From NCBI GenBank assembly GCA_031411295.1, contig JANOAV010000086.1:60242-124241 (forward strand): DNA of 64,000 nt. Reading direction: 5' to 3'. This DNA is from Verrucomicrobiales bacterium (GTDB lineage Bacteria > Verrucomicrobiota > Verrucomicrobiia > Verrucomicrobiales > V1-33). Made by a program: the position numbers and the translations under genes. The notes below the pieces were generated by a model. The model did no database searches, was not told the origin of the DNA, and worked only from the letters and a program-made list of their open reading frames with translations. Each line of letters begins with the position of its first letter. The first letter of the stretch is position 1. This document shows, in pieces, positions 46,113 to 55,958 of this stretch.

Positions 46113-48746
46113 TTAGCGTTGGACTTCGTAGTAGTAGGCTTGATGCGTGCCATCAATCGCGAAGCTGCCGTCAGCGTCAATGGGAAGAGACCTCGCCCGT
46201 GCCATGCCATTGGGATCAAGCGATTTCACGCTCTTGGGTTTAGACCCAGCGAAGCGAAATTTAGCCTGCACCGGCTCCAGCATCAGCGGGGCCGTGCCGG
46301 TGGAAAGTAACTTGGTGCCGTCGTCGCTATACTTGGCTCCGCTTTGTTTATCGCGCGCCAACGCCGTGATCAGAATGTGTTTGCTGTCGGCTAGGGGGAG
46401 GTCGTCCAACGGGGTGAAGATAACGCTGACAAAGGAAGTGACGAAGTCGGCGGTCACCCCGGGAAGTTTAATTTTGGCTCCAGCCACCTTGCCAATCACG
46501 GCTTGGGTCTTGGCGGATTGCACCAAGATGCGCTCCTGTCCGTAATCCCATGTTAGCTCACCCGTCGCTGAATGCAGCACTTTGCCTTTCTCATCCCAGA
46601 GTGATTTAGTGTCCGCCGTGACGGATGGCTGCTCATTGAAACCAATCGTTACCCGCCCCACCGCAAACATTTCCAGCGGCGTGCCCCCGGGTGCTTTGAT
46701 CAACTCATTGCCATTATAGAAATCCTGTGCCCATGCTTGTTTCCCGGCAAATAATCCGTCTGGCTTCGTCCTGCGCGCAGCCACCACCGGGCCTTCCTTG
46801 AGGTGGCCTTTCGCTAACGCAAAAGCCAGCGCGGGGAATTGCCCCAGGTAGTGCGGCGTGTCCGAGACATAACTGCTCATCCGCGGCCAGCCTTCGCCCA
46901 GACTGGATCCACTCTGCGCAAAATGATAGGACGCATCCCATCCCTGCAAGCCCATGCCGTAAAACGCCAATATGGGCGCGGCTTCCAGCTTCCATTGATT
47001 TGGCGGACACATGGTCCATTCCGTCATGGAGAACGGCTTCCCTTCCACTTGTTTGAAGGCAATGCTGAATAATTCCTGCCCCGGCTTGCCCAAATGCGAT
47101 CCTGCGAATACTTGCCCCTCCGCAATCCCATGGCCCCCAGCACCACCGCCCGCGTAGTTATGCCGATCAATCATGCTGCCAACGGTGTCCGTGTAAATGT
47201 TCGCCTGATCCATTACGGGCGATCCCGCTAGCCAATTAGTGGTGATCGTTTGCGCCTGATATTTCGTCGCTCGTATGGCTTTCTCGCAATCCGCATAGAG
47301 CGCCATCTGCATCTCGGCAAGGAATCGCGTCTCATCACCAGCACGCTTGAGTTGACCGGCAAAGCGCCCCCGAATTCCGCTCGAATCAATTTCCCATGGT
47401 CCCATCAAAGCCAGTTCTCCCTTGCTAAGCGATTCCCCGTTGAGCTTGCCCCAGGCTGCCTGTAGCGCTTCGTCTGTCTCATAGCGCGCCTTCGCCCAGG
47501 CGGCAAATTTCTCTCGCAGCAGCTTCGCGTGAAGTGGCGCTTGCTTCGGTTTGTCGCTGGCTAGATCCCCCAGCGGATTCCAGAAAAAGATGCTGTCCTC
47601 GTTCTGCATTTCCACCGCCATCAGGGCTGGATCATCTGCATAGCTCAGGCCCGTGTAAGGATTCTTGTGCTCCAGCAGTGCCACCAGCACCTTGGTGCGG
47701 ATCTTCCATAACTGCGGAGACATCGTGATCAGTCCGTAAGTGTCCCGGAGACCATCCTTCAGGTCCGGCAACTCAGCGAACAGCGCAGGATCATAGCCGC
47801 CCGCTGCTGTGATTGGGAAATGATAGAAGACGCTCCAGTCCGTATAAATGCCTGCTTTCTTCAGCTCTGCGAACCACCAATCATATTGATCCAACTTGGC
47901 CGCATCCACCTTGCCCTTGGTGGAAATTTCATCGAACAACGGATGCTCGCGCACCACATTGATCCCGAATTTCCGCAGGTAATTGATCCGCCGCTGCTGC
48001 CCGGCCCGATCCAACTTCCCCAACTCCGCATTGGCATTCACGCCCCAGAACTTGATCGGCTTTGCGCTATCCTCAAAGCGCAGATGGTCGCCCGAGGCCT
48101 TCACGAACCCGTGCCGGCCCGCCGGAGCTTCCACGATTCCTGACATGTCGATCACCGAATCCTTGGAGAAAGCATCCTCCTCCATCACCAATGGAAACCA
48201 ATCTGCAGGGCCATTGGGAGCCGCCGGTCCCGGCTTCTGCAGGCCTTGCGGTTGGAACCCATCGTCGCTCAGACAAAAGCAATCCAGCCCGCCGTGATTG
48301 TTCTCCGAGCCATGCATCTTAAAGCGCACCGTTTGTTTTCCAACGGTCAGGGAAAGGTTACCCACTTTAATCCAGGCGATGAATCGCAAGTCGGGCTTAC
48401 CATCGGCCGCAATGTTCTGTTCTCCGCGCTTGTCTTTCATGCTAACTTCGATCCAGGCGGCGTCATTCAGAGCATAGGACAAATGCGTCCCCGTAGGGTT
48501 CGCCCGCACCCAGAGGACATAATTTCCCGCTACCGAGACCTCAATGCTGTAATCCGCCGTGCCTTCCTCCTTGGCGAAGTTGCTGATCCAGTCTCCGCCC
48601 GACAGCAGATCCTTCTTAACTTGATCGAACCACCAAGGATGCCGATGCATGGTTGATTTCACAGGCGATTCGCCCTCCTGCCACAACGTGGCAGCCGGTA
48701 GGGACAGCGGAAGCAGCAGCAGAGCAAACAGAGCGCAAAATTTCAT
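46113..48746 (-). CDS. Secreted clan-A (GH5-like) glycoside hydrolase with N-terminal CBM-like domain
   Basis: Signal peptide MKFCALFALLLLPLSLPA, PAGRHGF, KFWGVN, GINVVR.H, NPYTGLSYADDPA, EMQNEDS (acid/base) and SMTEW (nucleophile). Confidence 0.8.
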   Translation of the reverse strand: MKFCALFALLLLPLSLPAATLWQEGESPVKSTMHRHPWWFDQVKKDLLSGGDWISNFAKEEGTADYSIEVSVAGNYVLWVRANPTGTHLSYALNDAAWIEVSMKDKRGEQNIAADGKPDLRFIAWIKVGNLSLTVGKQTVRFKMHGSENNHGGLDCFCLSDDGFQPQGLQKPGPAAPNGPADWFPLVMEEDAFSKDSVIDMSGIVEAPAGRHGFVKASGDHLRFEDSAKPIKFWGVNANAELGKLDRAGQQRRINYLRKFGINVVREHPLFDEISTKGKVDAAKLDQYDWWFAELKKAGIYTDWSVFYHFPITAAGGYDPALFAELPDLKDGLRDTYGLITMSPQLWKIRTKVLVALLEHKNPYTGLSYADDPALMAVEMQNEDSIFFWNPLGDLASDKPKQAPLHAKLLREKFAAWAKARYETDEALQAAWGKLNGESLSKGELALMGPWEIDSSGIRGRFAGQLKRAGDETRFLAEMQMALYADCEKAIRATKYQAQTITTNWLAGSPVMDQANIYTDTVGSMIDRHNYAGGGAGGHGIAEGQVFAGSHLGKPGQELFSIAFKQVEGKPFSMTEWTMCPPNQWKLEAAPILAFYGMGLQGWDASYHFAQSGSSLGEGWPRMSSYVSDTPHYLGQFPALAFALAKGHLKEGPVVAARRTKPDGLFAGKQAWAQDFYNGNELIKAPGGTPLEMFAVGRVTIGFNEQPSVTADTKSLWDEKGKVLHSATGELTWDYGQERILVQSAKTQAVIGKVAGAKIKLPGVTADFVTSFVSVIFTPLDDLPLADSKHILITALARDKQSGAKYSDDGTKLLSTGTAPLMLEPVQAKFRFAGSKPKSVKSLDPNGMARARSLPIDADGSFAIDGTHQAYYYEVQR

Positions 48747-49030
48747 GATGCCGCAATAGGCTAATTTCCACCGGTTTGCCAAGTGCATCTGGATACGCAA
48801 AGCGCCTGCCCCAAATCTCGCTGCGATACCACCAATTTCCTGGGGGATCGCCCACACCGCAGCGTCTCGGCTCCAGCCTTAGTTTAGTTGTTCCTTTCCA
48901 AGACTAGACCGCAAAATCACTATCGCTCCATCGGGGGAGTTGCCAAACTCCCCGAAACTTTGCAACCTACCCTGTAATTCCCCAATTAATCCCCAGGCGC
49001 ATCCCCTTGTTAGCCAAAAACTCCGTTGTT

Positions 49031-49285
49031 ATGAAGATCCCTCAAAAATCCCCATGCTTTTTCCGTGGCTCTGTCCAAGCTCGTCGCTGGCTGGCCAGTC
49101 TGTTGCTATTTCCTGCGTCTATGTTTGCCGCTGGCATCTGGGATGGTGGTGGGGCGAATGGAAATTGGGACACGATTGCCAACTGGGACGATGATTTGCT
49201 GCCGGCTGATGGGGCCAATATTACGTTCAATACGGAGAACACGTCCGGTAACACGGCCAACCCATCCTTGGAGAACTTGCCATAG
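49031..49285 (+). pseudogene. 5' remnant of an autotransporter-associated beta-strand repeat-type exoprotein
   Basis: Signal peptide then WDGGGANGNWDTIANW...P.DGANITF, the usual start of very large proteins, ending after about 75 aa. Confidence 0.62.
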
Positions 49286-49572
49286 TAAAGCGCGACGCCC
49301 TCCAACTCCGGAAGTTGGGCAATCAGGCGCAGGGTCTCGTCGTTGGCGTTATTCGCCACTGAACCATCTGCACCTAGACCCAGGTTGATCTGCGGACCGC
49401 CCTCCTTCGTTTGCATAGTCAATCCTAGCACGCCGACGTTTATTGCCTTGAGTTTCGCAAGCACGATTTCGCGATCGGGAGAGTCTGACGCACTGACGAC
49501 GCAAGCGCTGGAGCAGAGGATAAGGATCACTAAAGCGAGCGCCTGCCAGGTGGTTTTATTGGATTTGGTCAT
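49245..49572 (-). pseudogene. 5' remnant of a secreted leucine-rich-repeat protein
   Basis: Signal peptide then NDETLRLIAQLPELEGVALYYGKFSKDGLAVL (LRR unit); the frame then runs into antisense of the + remnant. Confidence 0.58.
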
Positions 49573-49666
49573 CCCTTGCTGCTTACCCCGAATCCAGAGC
49601 ACAAACTACCTCTAAAGCATTCCAGATTGTGTATCACCCTTCAACCGGGAAGCATCAAATTGGTGT

Positions 49667-52600
49667 TCAAGGAACGCTCCAGCGGATGCGATAGTAGCCG
49701 CGGGGTGGGTTCTGCGGAGTTTCGAGAACCAATTGTTCGGTGGTATTCGACAAGGAACTGCGCAGAGGAATGATCAGTGGGACGAATGGAGCCCAGTTCT
49801 GGAGATTCGTGGAGAATTCGCACTGCCAACTAGCGTTGGCTGCGAGGTTGCGAACGAAGTTCAGTGCCACCCCGTCGAAGGTCACAATGGATTGATTACT
49901 GGTGGCATAATCGACCAGATTGGTGACGCCATTGCCGCTATCGTCGGCCAGCAGATTGGGCGGAGCAGGCGAGGCATCCGAAGTCCCGGGGTTCCCCAGA
50001 TTTGCGAAACTGGCGCGCCAGTTGAGCGCGTTGTTATGGTCGGGATTGGCGAATGGAGAGATCAGCACGAGCGTGGGACCGCTGCCATCTGCGGGTTTCG
50101 GCCAGGGGTTGGAGTCCCCGTAAATGAAGCGTTTGATATCGCTGCCGGCAGGATCCAGCAGCGTGAGTTCCTCCCCACTGTTACTGAGGGTGTTGCTGCC
50201 TGGCACGTAGTAGTCCGGTGCGGTGGAAACGCCGGGATACCGCTGCGCGAAGGCGGTGCTGCGACGCGGAATGACAAGCGCTCCGCCTGGCGCAATCTGC
50301 GTTCCGGCAGCAATCGTGTAAGTGATGCCGTTGTCGAAATGGCAGTTACTGGCATCCACGATGTAGCTGCTGATGTTCCGCAGTTCGATGAATTCAAAGT
50401 CATCCGGGTTGGTGAATCCGGCGGTCATTTCACTGGCGGTAGGATTGGAGGGATGGTAGTTCAATTCGGATACGACCAAATTGCTGGCACTGGCAGCCAC
50501 AATGGTTCCGCTGTTAGTGATCGCGATGGTATCGGTCCCGATCGGCATCCCTTGGTTGTCGTAGGCCAACAGGGTGATCTGGTTCACGCCAGCTCCTAGC
50601 GGCACTTGCAACTGCCAAGTGCTGCCACTGGTCCAAGTCACGGGGAGCGGTTCACTGTTAGGAGTAAGCCGAATTTCCCGCACGTTGATCCAGCCATTTC
50701 CGGTCAGGGTTACCGGGGACGCAGCCGAGGCAAAATCGTTGCCGCCATTGGTGGTGATGGCGAACGGCACATTGGGGAACTTGCTGGCGCAGTCGCTTTG
50801 CACAAAGGCGACGCGGGCGCTGACGTAATCCAGAATTTCCTGCCAATTCCCTCCCGCCGTGGAGTAGGTCTTCAAATGATTAACCCAGGAGGTCAGATAG
50901 CCAACGTTGAAGCTGGTGTTCATGAGATCATGCAGGTGGCCATAGAACAGGCGGCGGTAAACCGGACTAATGGCGATGATGCGCTGGAGGTCGGCATTGC
51001 CTTCCACGGCAAAGTTGGTGGCCATTTTGAAGAAATCAGCATCCCATGGCAAATAGAGCACGCGACCATCGGTCGGGCGCACATACAGTTTCAAATTATG
51101 CGGCAGGCCACCAGTCGAGTAACTGTCGTCGGATCCTACCAAGGACATGGCGGCGGAGGCGCGCAGCCATTGATCCACATCAATCGCGCTGGCGATGTTG
51201 GTGGAATTGCCGGCTGCAAGTTGCGCGAAGGCATCATCGAAGAATTGAATGCGGGTGTAGTCGTCGTCCGTGCGCGCATTGGTGATCAGGTAATACCAGC
51301 GATAGTCCTCTTTGCTGGGGCCTGTGAGTTGCCCGATATTGACTCCCCGCACATCGTCTGGTTGCGCTTGTTTCAATGTCTCTGGGTTTGAGGGGACGAC
51401 GGTAGAAGTTGGGAAGTAAACGAGGTCGAATTTGAAGGTCGGAGAATTAGCCCCATTATCCCACTGACTATCCAGATAAATATCATTGTATTCCGCCATC
51501 GTCATCTGCGCAGAACCAATGTGGGTGGGACGTGGAGTGATGAGATAGACCATGTCGTTATACATGGCGGGCACACCGCCGGCACGCTGAGCGAAGATCT
51601 GATTGATGATGTCCACCTGCCCAAATCCACTGTTGGTAGTGCCGGCCCCGTAAGCACTGCGATCCATGTTGAGCACCTCGTGCACGCCGCGGAATTTCTG
51701 CATGGGATCGAACGAAATGGCGAAACCCAGACGGGGATCACCATACCGGCCGCGTTCACTGGATTTCAACCGCACTCCAGCATCGTAGAAGATTTCGTTT
51801 TCCTTGTAAACAATGGTGCACGGGAGGTATTCATTGCTCATCGCATTGGTGATACTGTGCATGTTATCGGCATCCGCGGTGGGCATCAGGATGCGGACCC
51901 CATAGCCCGGGCCGGGCGGAACGGTGTTATCCAACCAGCGCACCATGGCGCGCGAGGCAGTGCCGCCTGCGGGATAGGTTCCCGTCTGGCCGTTGGTGGC
52001 GGTGGCGAGCAAATAAAATTGCACCAGACTTCCAGCATTCTGGCCCGGCAGCGCCCCTTCATATTGCCCTGCGGCATCCAGCGTCATGGCGACATCGGTC
52101 CACGTGGTGGTGCCATCTTTTTGCCACTTCAGAGTTACGGAGGAAACGGGAACCTGACTGCTTGCAGTAGCTTTGATAATCACCGGAAGTCCGGCCGCAG
52201 GCAGCACAGGCGTCTGCGTGAGGCCACTGAGGGTGGGTTGCGGGAGCGCTTGGAAACGTGAGTTGGCGGCACCGGGCGTGCCGTTATTCATGGGAATGCT
52301 CAGCAGATGCTGGCGCACCAGTCGATTGAAATAGAGCCTGGTCTGCAGGCGCGGCACGCCACTGAGCCATTTGGCGCGGAAGCTGATGACGTAGGTGTGG
52401 GTGGGGTCCAGCGCGGGGAACACGGCTCCGTTCTTGAGGGTTGTCTCGCAGTGATTATGCATGTGCTCGGTCGGTCCGGTGGCCACGATCTTCAGCACGG
52501 AGTTTCCCGCATCGCTGACGAGACTGCTGTGGTCATGGGTGCCTAACAGGCGCCATTTACTGGCGTTGCCAGCGGCAAACCCTCCATCCTGGATCAACTG

Positions 52601-55600
52601 TGCATTGCTGTCGGTTTGATCGACCACGCTCACGTCATCCAGCAAACACTCACCGCCTGCCAGCAAGCCAACGACGAGTTCGTTATACTGGGTGGGATCG
52701 CCACTGCCGGCTGGAATGGTGCCGAGCCCGCTATAACTGAACGTTTGCCAGGCACTCTTGGCCGACTCATCGCTCGCCCGCCAGGATTCCGGCAACGAGT
52801 TGTCCATGTTAGGATTCTTCAGTTCCAAACTTCCTCCCCCACCGCCAGCGCGTTCGTCCCAGCGGCCGCTGGAGAAATACTGAACGGCGTTTACGGTATT
52901 GCCGTTGCCGTCCTCGATTCGCACCGCACCACCGCTGCCGGACAAGCTGCCAGACCAATCGCCCACGATTGCAGCAGTGGGAAATTTCGCTGCGAGGGCA
53001 ATTTTATTTCGCGCCACCACGAGGTATCCGCCTGCAGCCAAACTGGTCCCCGTGGGGAAAGTGAAGTCTGCGCCACCATGCAATGCCCATCCCGTGAGAT
53101 CCACCGTGGTGGCACTGCGATTGTAGATTTCCACCCATTGTTCAGGATCAGGGATGGTGCCTGTGGGCAGGTAAATGGGTTGGTGGCGATACATGATCTC
53201 GTTGATCACGATGCTGTTAGGGATAACGAAGGTGTTGGCAGCGCCTGGCGTGCTGGCACTGGGAGTCTGCCAGACTCCCGCGCTGGTGCGGGCCTGGGCT
53301 TTGGTTTTGATGACCACGGCATCCAGTGAATTGGCACCGCCGGGCGAGAGAAAGAATAATTTCTCACCATTGAGCGGACGGAAACCTAACGTGGTTTCAT
53401 TGATCGCAAGCACAGCCCCGGCCGCCAAATCGCCCGGGCCGAAGGTGTAGGTGGCTCCGCTGGAACTGACGATTTTAATGCCAGTGAGCGTTTGGGAGCT
53501 GCTGCCGTTGTTTTTGATTTCGGCAAAAAAAGTTCCCACGCTGGCATTGCTGCTGGCAATTTCGCTAAAGACCAAAGGAATGGCGGAGGCCGGAGGCGCG
53601 GGCGTTTCCGTAATCGACAACGTGGCTCCGAACAGTGCGTCGGTATTGCCGACTGAGGCTTGGTGCAGTTCCACGGCCAGAGTGTTTTCACCCACATGGA
53701 AAGCGGTGGCAGGAACATTCAAGGTCCCGCTGAACATGGGATAAGCTACATTCGTTGTGGCCAGGGTGGCTGAAGTCACAGTTCCCGCAGGCAAGTTGTT
53801 GCGAAGAACTTCCTGGCCGTTCAAATAGAAGACCGCTCCGTCATCCAGAATGTGTTCCAAGCTCAGGAGGTAAGTCGAAGTGGCGCTGCCATTCCAAGTG
53901 AATTTCTTGCGGAAGCGTGTCGTGACAGGATTGGTGGTCAGCGTGGTGCGAGCCAGACTGGGCTCGGCTGTGGCGTCCCACTTGGCGCGGAATCCTCCGG
54001 GGTTATCCCCCGGGCCGGCATTTGTCCAATCGATCTCCACCACGTTATTACCGCTCAGAAGATAGGCTGCAGGCACATTGTAGGGGCCATAAAATTTATC
54101 AAAGGAGGTCCCACCGCTGGCGTTAATCACATTGCCATTCACTCGCATGCGATCGAAACTATTGTCAGCGGAAACGTAGAGTGCCACGGTGGCCGTGTCC
54201 TTCTTCCAGTAGGTTAAATTGGGAGTCAGGCGATAAGTTGCAGAGACCCCGGGGACGTTATCTGTGCCGTTAGGGGTGGGTCCAGTCCACTGGGAAATGC
54301 CGTCGGGGCCGAGCCAGGCCGGATGTCCATTCTGCACGTAAGCGCCCAAGTTATTGGCGATGTTGATATAGTGGGGATCACGCTCCCCCGGGGAGATGAG
54401 GGTGCCATCTTCATTCGCTCCGGTGTTCGGCATCACGCTGCGCATACTCTCGCGATGCTTTGGTGGTGCTGGCGGCACGGCCGGTTGATCGTTGTAAAAT
54501 TTCACCTCGCTGAGGCCTGCATAGCCTGTGGTGTTGCCCCAGTTGGCAGTAATGTTGAACTTCACCTGCCGCACCCCCGTGCTGGTGAGGGCAATGTCCA
54601 CCCCCGCTTCCGTGATTAGGCCGGTGGCTTGCGGGAAGGTGAATGACCCTGCGCTGGTGAAGGCTCCGCCCGCTGTGGCTGCCACCAGGATTTCCACGGT
54701 CTTGGCACCACGATTCACGGTCGTAGTGGACTCGTTATAGTTCCAAACGTGCAGCTTCGTAAGGTTCTGGGTTGCTCCCAAATCGAAGGTGATATCGACC
54801 GGGTAGGGATCGGAGGTGGTCCCGGTGCTTAGCCACATATTGTTCGGAGCCACATTCGTATGGGTGCCGTTGGCAGCCAGTCCGGAGCCATTGATGCATG
54901 CGATAGCAAACCGGTTGAGACCACCGGAGATAAATTCAGAGGACCTGCCAGCAATCGTGATGCCCGTGATTTCAGCGACGCCAGAGACCACTGGCGGACC
55001 GCCAGGATACGGGTCGTAAACGGTTGTGTTCCCGAAATCGAACAGCGCGGTGCCGGTCGTCCAAGCCGTGTCGTTAAAGGACTCATCTTTCCAAGCCGCC
55101 ACCGGATCCACCCCAGAATTATCGTATTTCCAAACCGATTGCAGACTGATCAACTTGGCCGTGACCGGGGCCGCCGGTGGTGGGAAATTTGCCCCGCCCG
55201 CGGTGCCGCCCGGTTGCTGGCTCACTGACCAATGCCCAGCCTCCGGGCTGCTGGCGTCTTCATTCGGTTTGGCGAGCGAGAAGCCACTGCCATCCGCTGC
55301 GACCGGCCAGTCGCCGGCGTCACTATAGGAAATTTGATCCAGCAGTCGGAAATTTTTATCGCGCAGAGTCAACGTTTCCCCGGCATTAGAAAGCGATCCA
55401 GTCCATGGTCCCATCGATCCCGCAACCATGGCTGGGGTTTTGGCGATGACCAAATAGCCGCCGCCCGGAATCACAGTCCCATCTGGAAATGTGTAGTTCA
55501 CCCCGCCGGTAATCTGCCAGTCCGACAAGTCCACATTGATCCCCATTTGATTATGCAGTTCAATGAATTCCCCCGCCTCGGCCAGGTCCGTCGGGTGATA

Positions 55601-55726
55601 CATAATCTCGTTAAAGACTACGACGGAATCGACCGGAGCGGCGGCTTGGGCCAGGAGGGGGCTGAGGGGGAAAAGGGAGGCGACACAGAGGCTGCGGAGC
55701 CTGCGAGTGGGGGGGATGTTTCGCAT
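49667..55726 (-). CDS. Second secreted lamin-tail / CotH kinase-like multidomain protein
   Basis: Signal peptide, VVFNEIMYHP..EFIEL repeats, a discoidin-like domain (ITFDLG..LHVWNYNE), and CotH motifs (GVRLKSSER, DDSY..HNLKLY..LPWDAD). Confidence 0.87.
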   Translation of the reverse strand: MRNIPPTRRLRSLCVASLFPLSPLLAQAAAPVDSVVVFNEIMYHPTDLAEAGEFIELHNQMGINVDLSDWQITGGVNYTFPDGTVIPGGGYLVIAKTPAMVAGSMGPWTGSLSNAGETLTLRDKNFRLLDQISYSDAGDWPVAADGSGFSLAKPNEDASSPEAGHWSVSQQPGGTAGGANFPPPAAPVTAKLISLQSVWKYDNSGVDPVAAWKDESFNDTAWTTGTALFDFGNTTVYDPYPGGPPVVSGVAEITGITIAGRSSEFISGGLNRFAIACINGSGLAANGTHTNVAPNNMWLSTGTTSDPYPVDITFDLGATQNLTKLHVWNYNESTTTVNRGAKTVEILVAATAGGAFTSAGSFTFPQATGLITEAGVDIALTSTGVRQVKFNITANWGNTTGYAGLSEVKFYNDQPAVPPAPPKHRESMRSVMPNTGANEDGTLISPGERDPHYINIANNLGAYVQNGHPAWLGPDGISQWTGPTPNGTDNVPGVSATYRLTPNLTYWKKDTATVALYVSADNSFDRMRVNGNVINASGGTSFDKFYGPYNVPAAYLLSGNNVVEIDWTNAGPGDNPGGFRAKWDATAEPSLARTTLTTNPVTTRFRKKFTWNGSATSTYLLSLEHILDDGAVFYLNGQEVLRNNLPAGTVTSATLATTNVAYPMFSGTLNVPATAFHVGENTLAVELHQASVGNTDALFGATLSITETPAPPASAIPLVFSEIASSNASVGTFFAEIKNNGSSSQTLTGIKIVSSSGATYTFGPGDLAAGAVLAINETTLGFRPLNGEKLFFLSPGGANSLDAVVIKTKAQARTSAGVWQTPSASTPGAANTFVIPNSIVINEIMYRHQPIYLPTGTIPDPEQWVEIYNRSATTVDLTGWALHGGADFTFPTGTSLAAGGYLVVARNKIALAAKFPTAAIVGDWSGSLSGSGGAVRIEDGNGNTVNAVQYFSSGRWDERAGGGGGSLELKNPNMDNSLPESWRASDESAKSAWQTFSYSGLGTIPAGSGDPTQYNELVVGLLAGGECLLDDVSVVDQTDSNAQLIQDGGFAAGNASKWRLLGTHDHSSLVSDAGNSVLKIVATGPTEHMHNHCETTLKNGAVFPALDPTHTYVISFRAKWLSGVPRLQTRLYFNRLVRQHLLSIPMNNGTPGAANSRFQALPQPTLSGLTQTPVLPAAGLPVIIKATASSQVPVSSVTLKWQKDGTTTWTDVAMTLDAAGQYEGALPGQNAGSLVQFYLLATATNGQTGTYPAGGTASRAMVRWLDNTVPPGPGYGVRILMPTADADNMHSITNAMSNEYLPCTIVYKENEIFYDAGVRLKSSERGRYGDPRLGFAISFDPMQKFRGVHEVLNMDRSAYGAGTTNSGFGQVDIINQIFAQRAGGVPAMYNDMVYLITPRPTHIGSAQMTMAEYNDIYLDSQWDNGANSPTFKFDLVYFPTSTVVPSNPETLKQAQPDDVRGVNIGQLTGPSKEDYRWYYLITNARTDDDYTRIQFFDDAFAQLAAGNSTNIASAIDVDQWLRASAAMSLVGSDDSYSTGGLPHNLKLYVRPTDGRVLYLPWDADFFKMATNFAVEGNADLQRIIAISPVYRRLFYGHLHDLMNTSFNVGYLTSWVNHLKTYSTAGGNWQEILDYVSARVAFVQSDCASKFPNVPFAITTNGGNDFASAASPVTLTGNGWINVREIRLTPNSEPLPVTWTSGSTWQLQVPLGAGVNQITLLAYDNQGMPIGTDTIAITNSGTIVAASASNLVVSELNYHPSNPTASEMTAGFTNPDDFEFIELRNISSYIVDASNCHFDNGITYTIAAGTQIAPGGALVIPRRSTAFAQRYPGVSTAPDYYVPGSNTLSNSGEELTLLDPAGSDIKRFIYGDSNPWPKPADGSGPTLVLISPFANPDHNNALNWRASFANLGNPGTSDASPAPPNLLADDSGNGVTNLVDYATSNQSIVTFDGVALNFVRNLAANASWQCEFSTNLQNWAPFVPLIIPLRSSLSNTTEQLVLETPQNPPRGYYRIRWSVP

Positions 55727-55958
55727 GCCTTATCAATAACTGTTTCTCATCGAAAATGGAAGCAAATTCAGTTGGTGCAGCGCAAAATAAAGCCCTTTGG
55801 GTTCGCGCGGGTTCGCTCCCAATTTTCCAAGCACGAACTAGCACCTTCCACGGTGAACATTTAGCCAGATTGATGCATTTGTATTGACGGGAAACTGGGA
55901 TCCGTGCGAAAAACATGAGAACATTATCGTTACATCAAATTCCACCCCCCTCAAAAAT

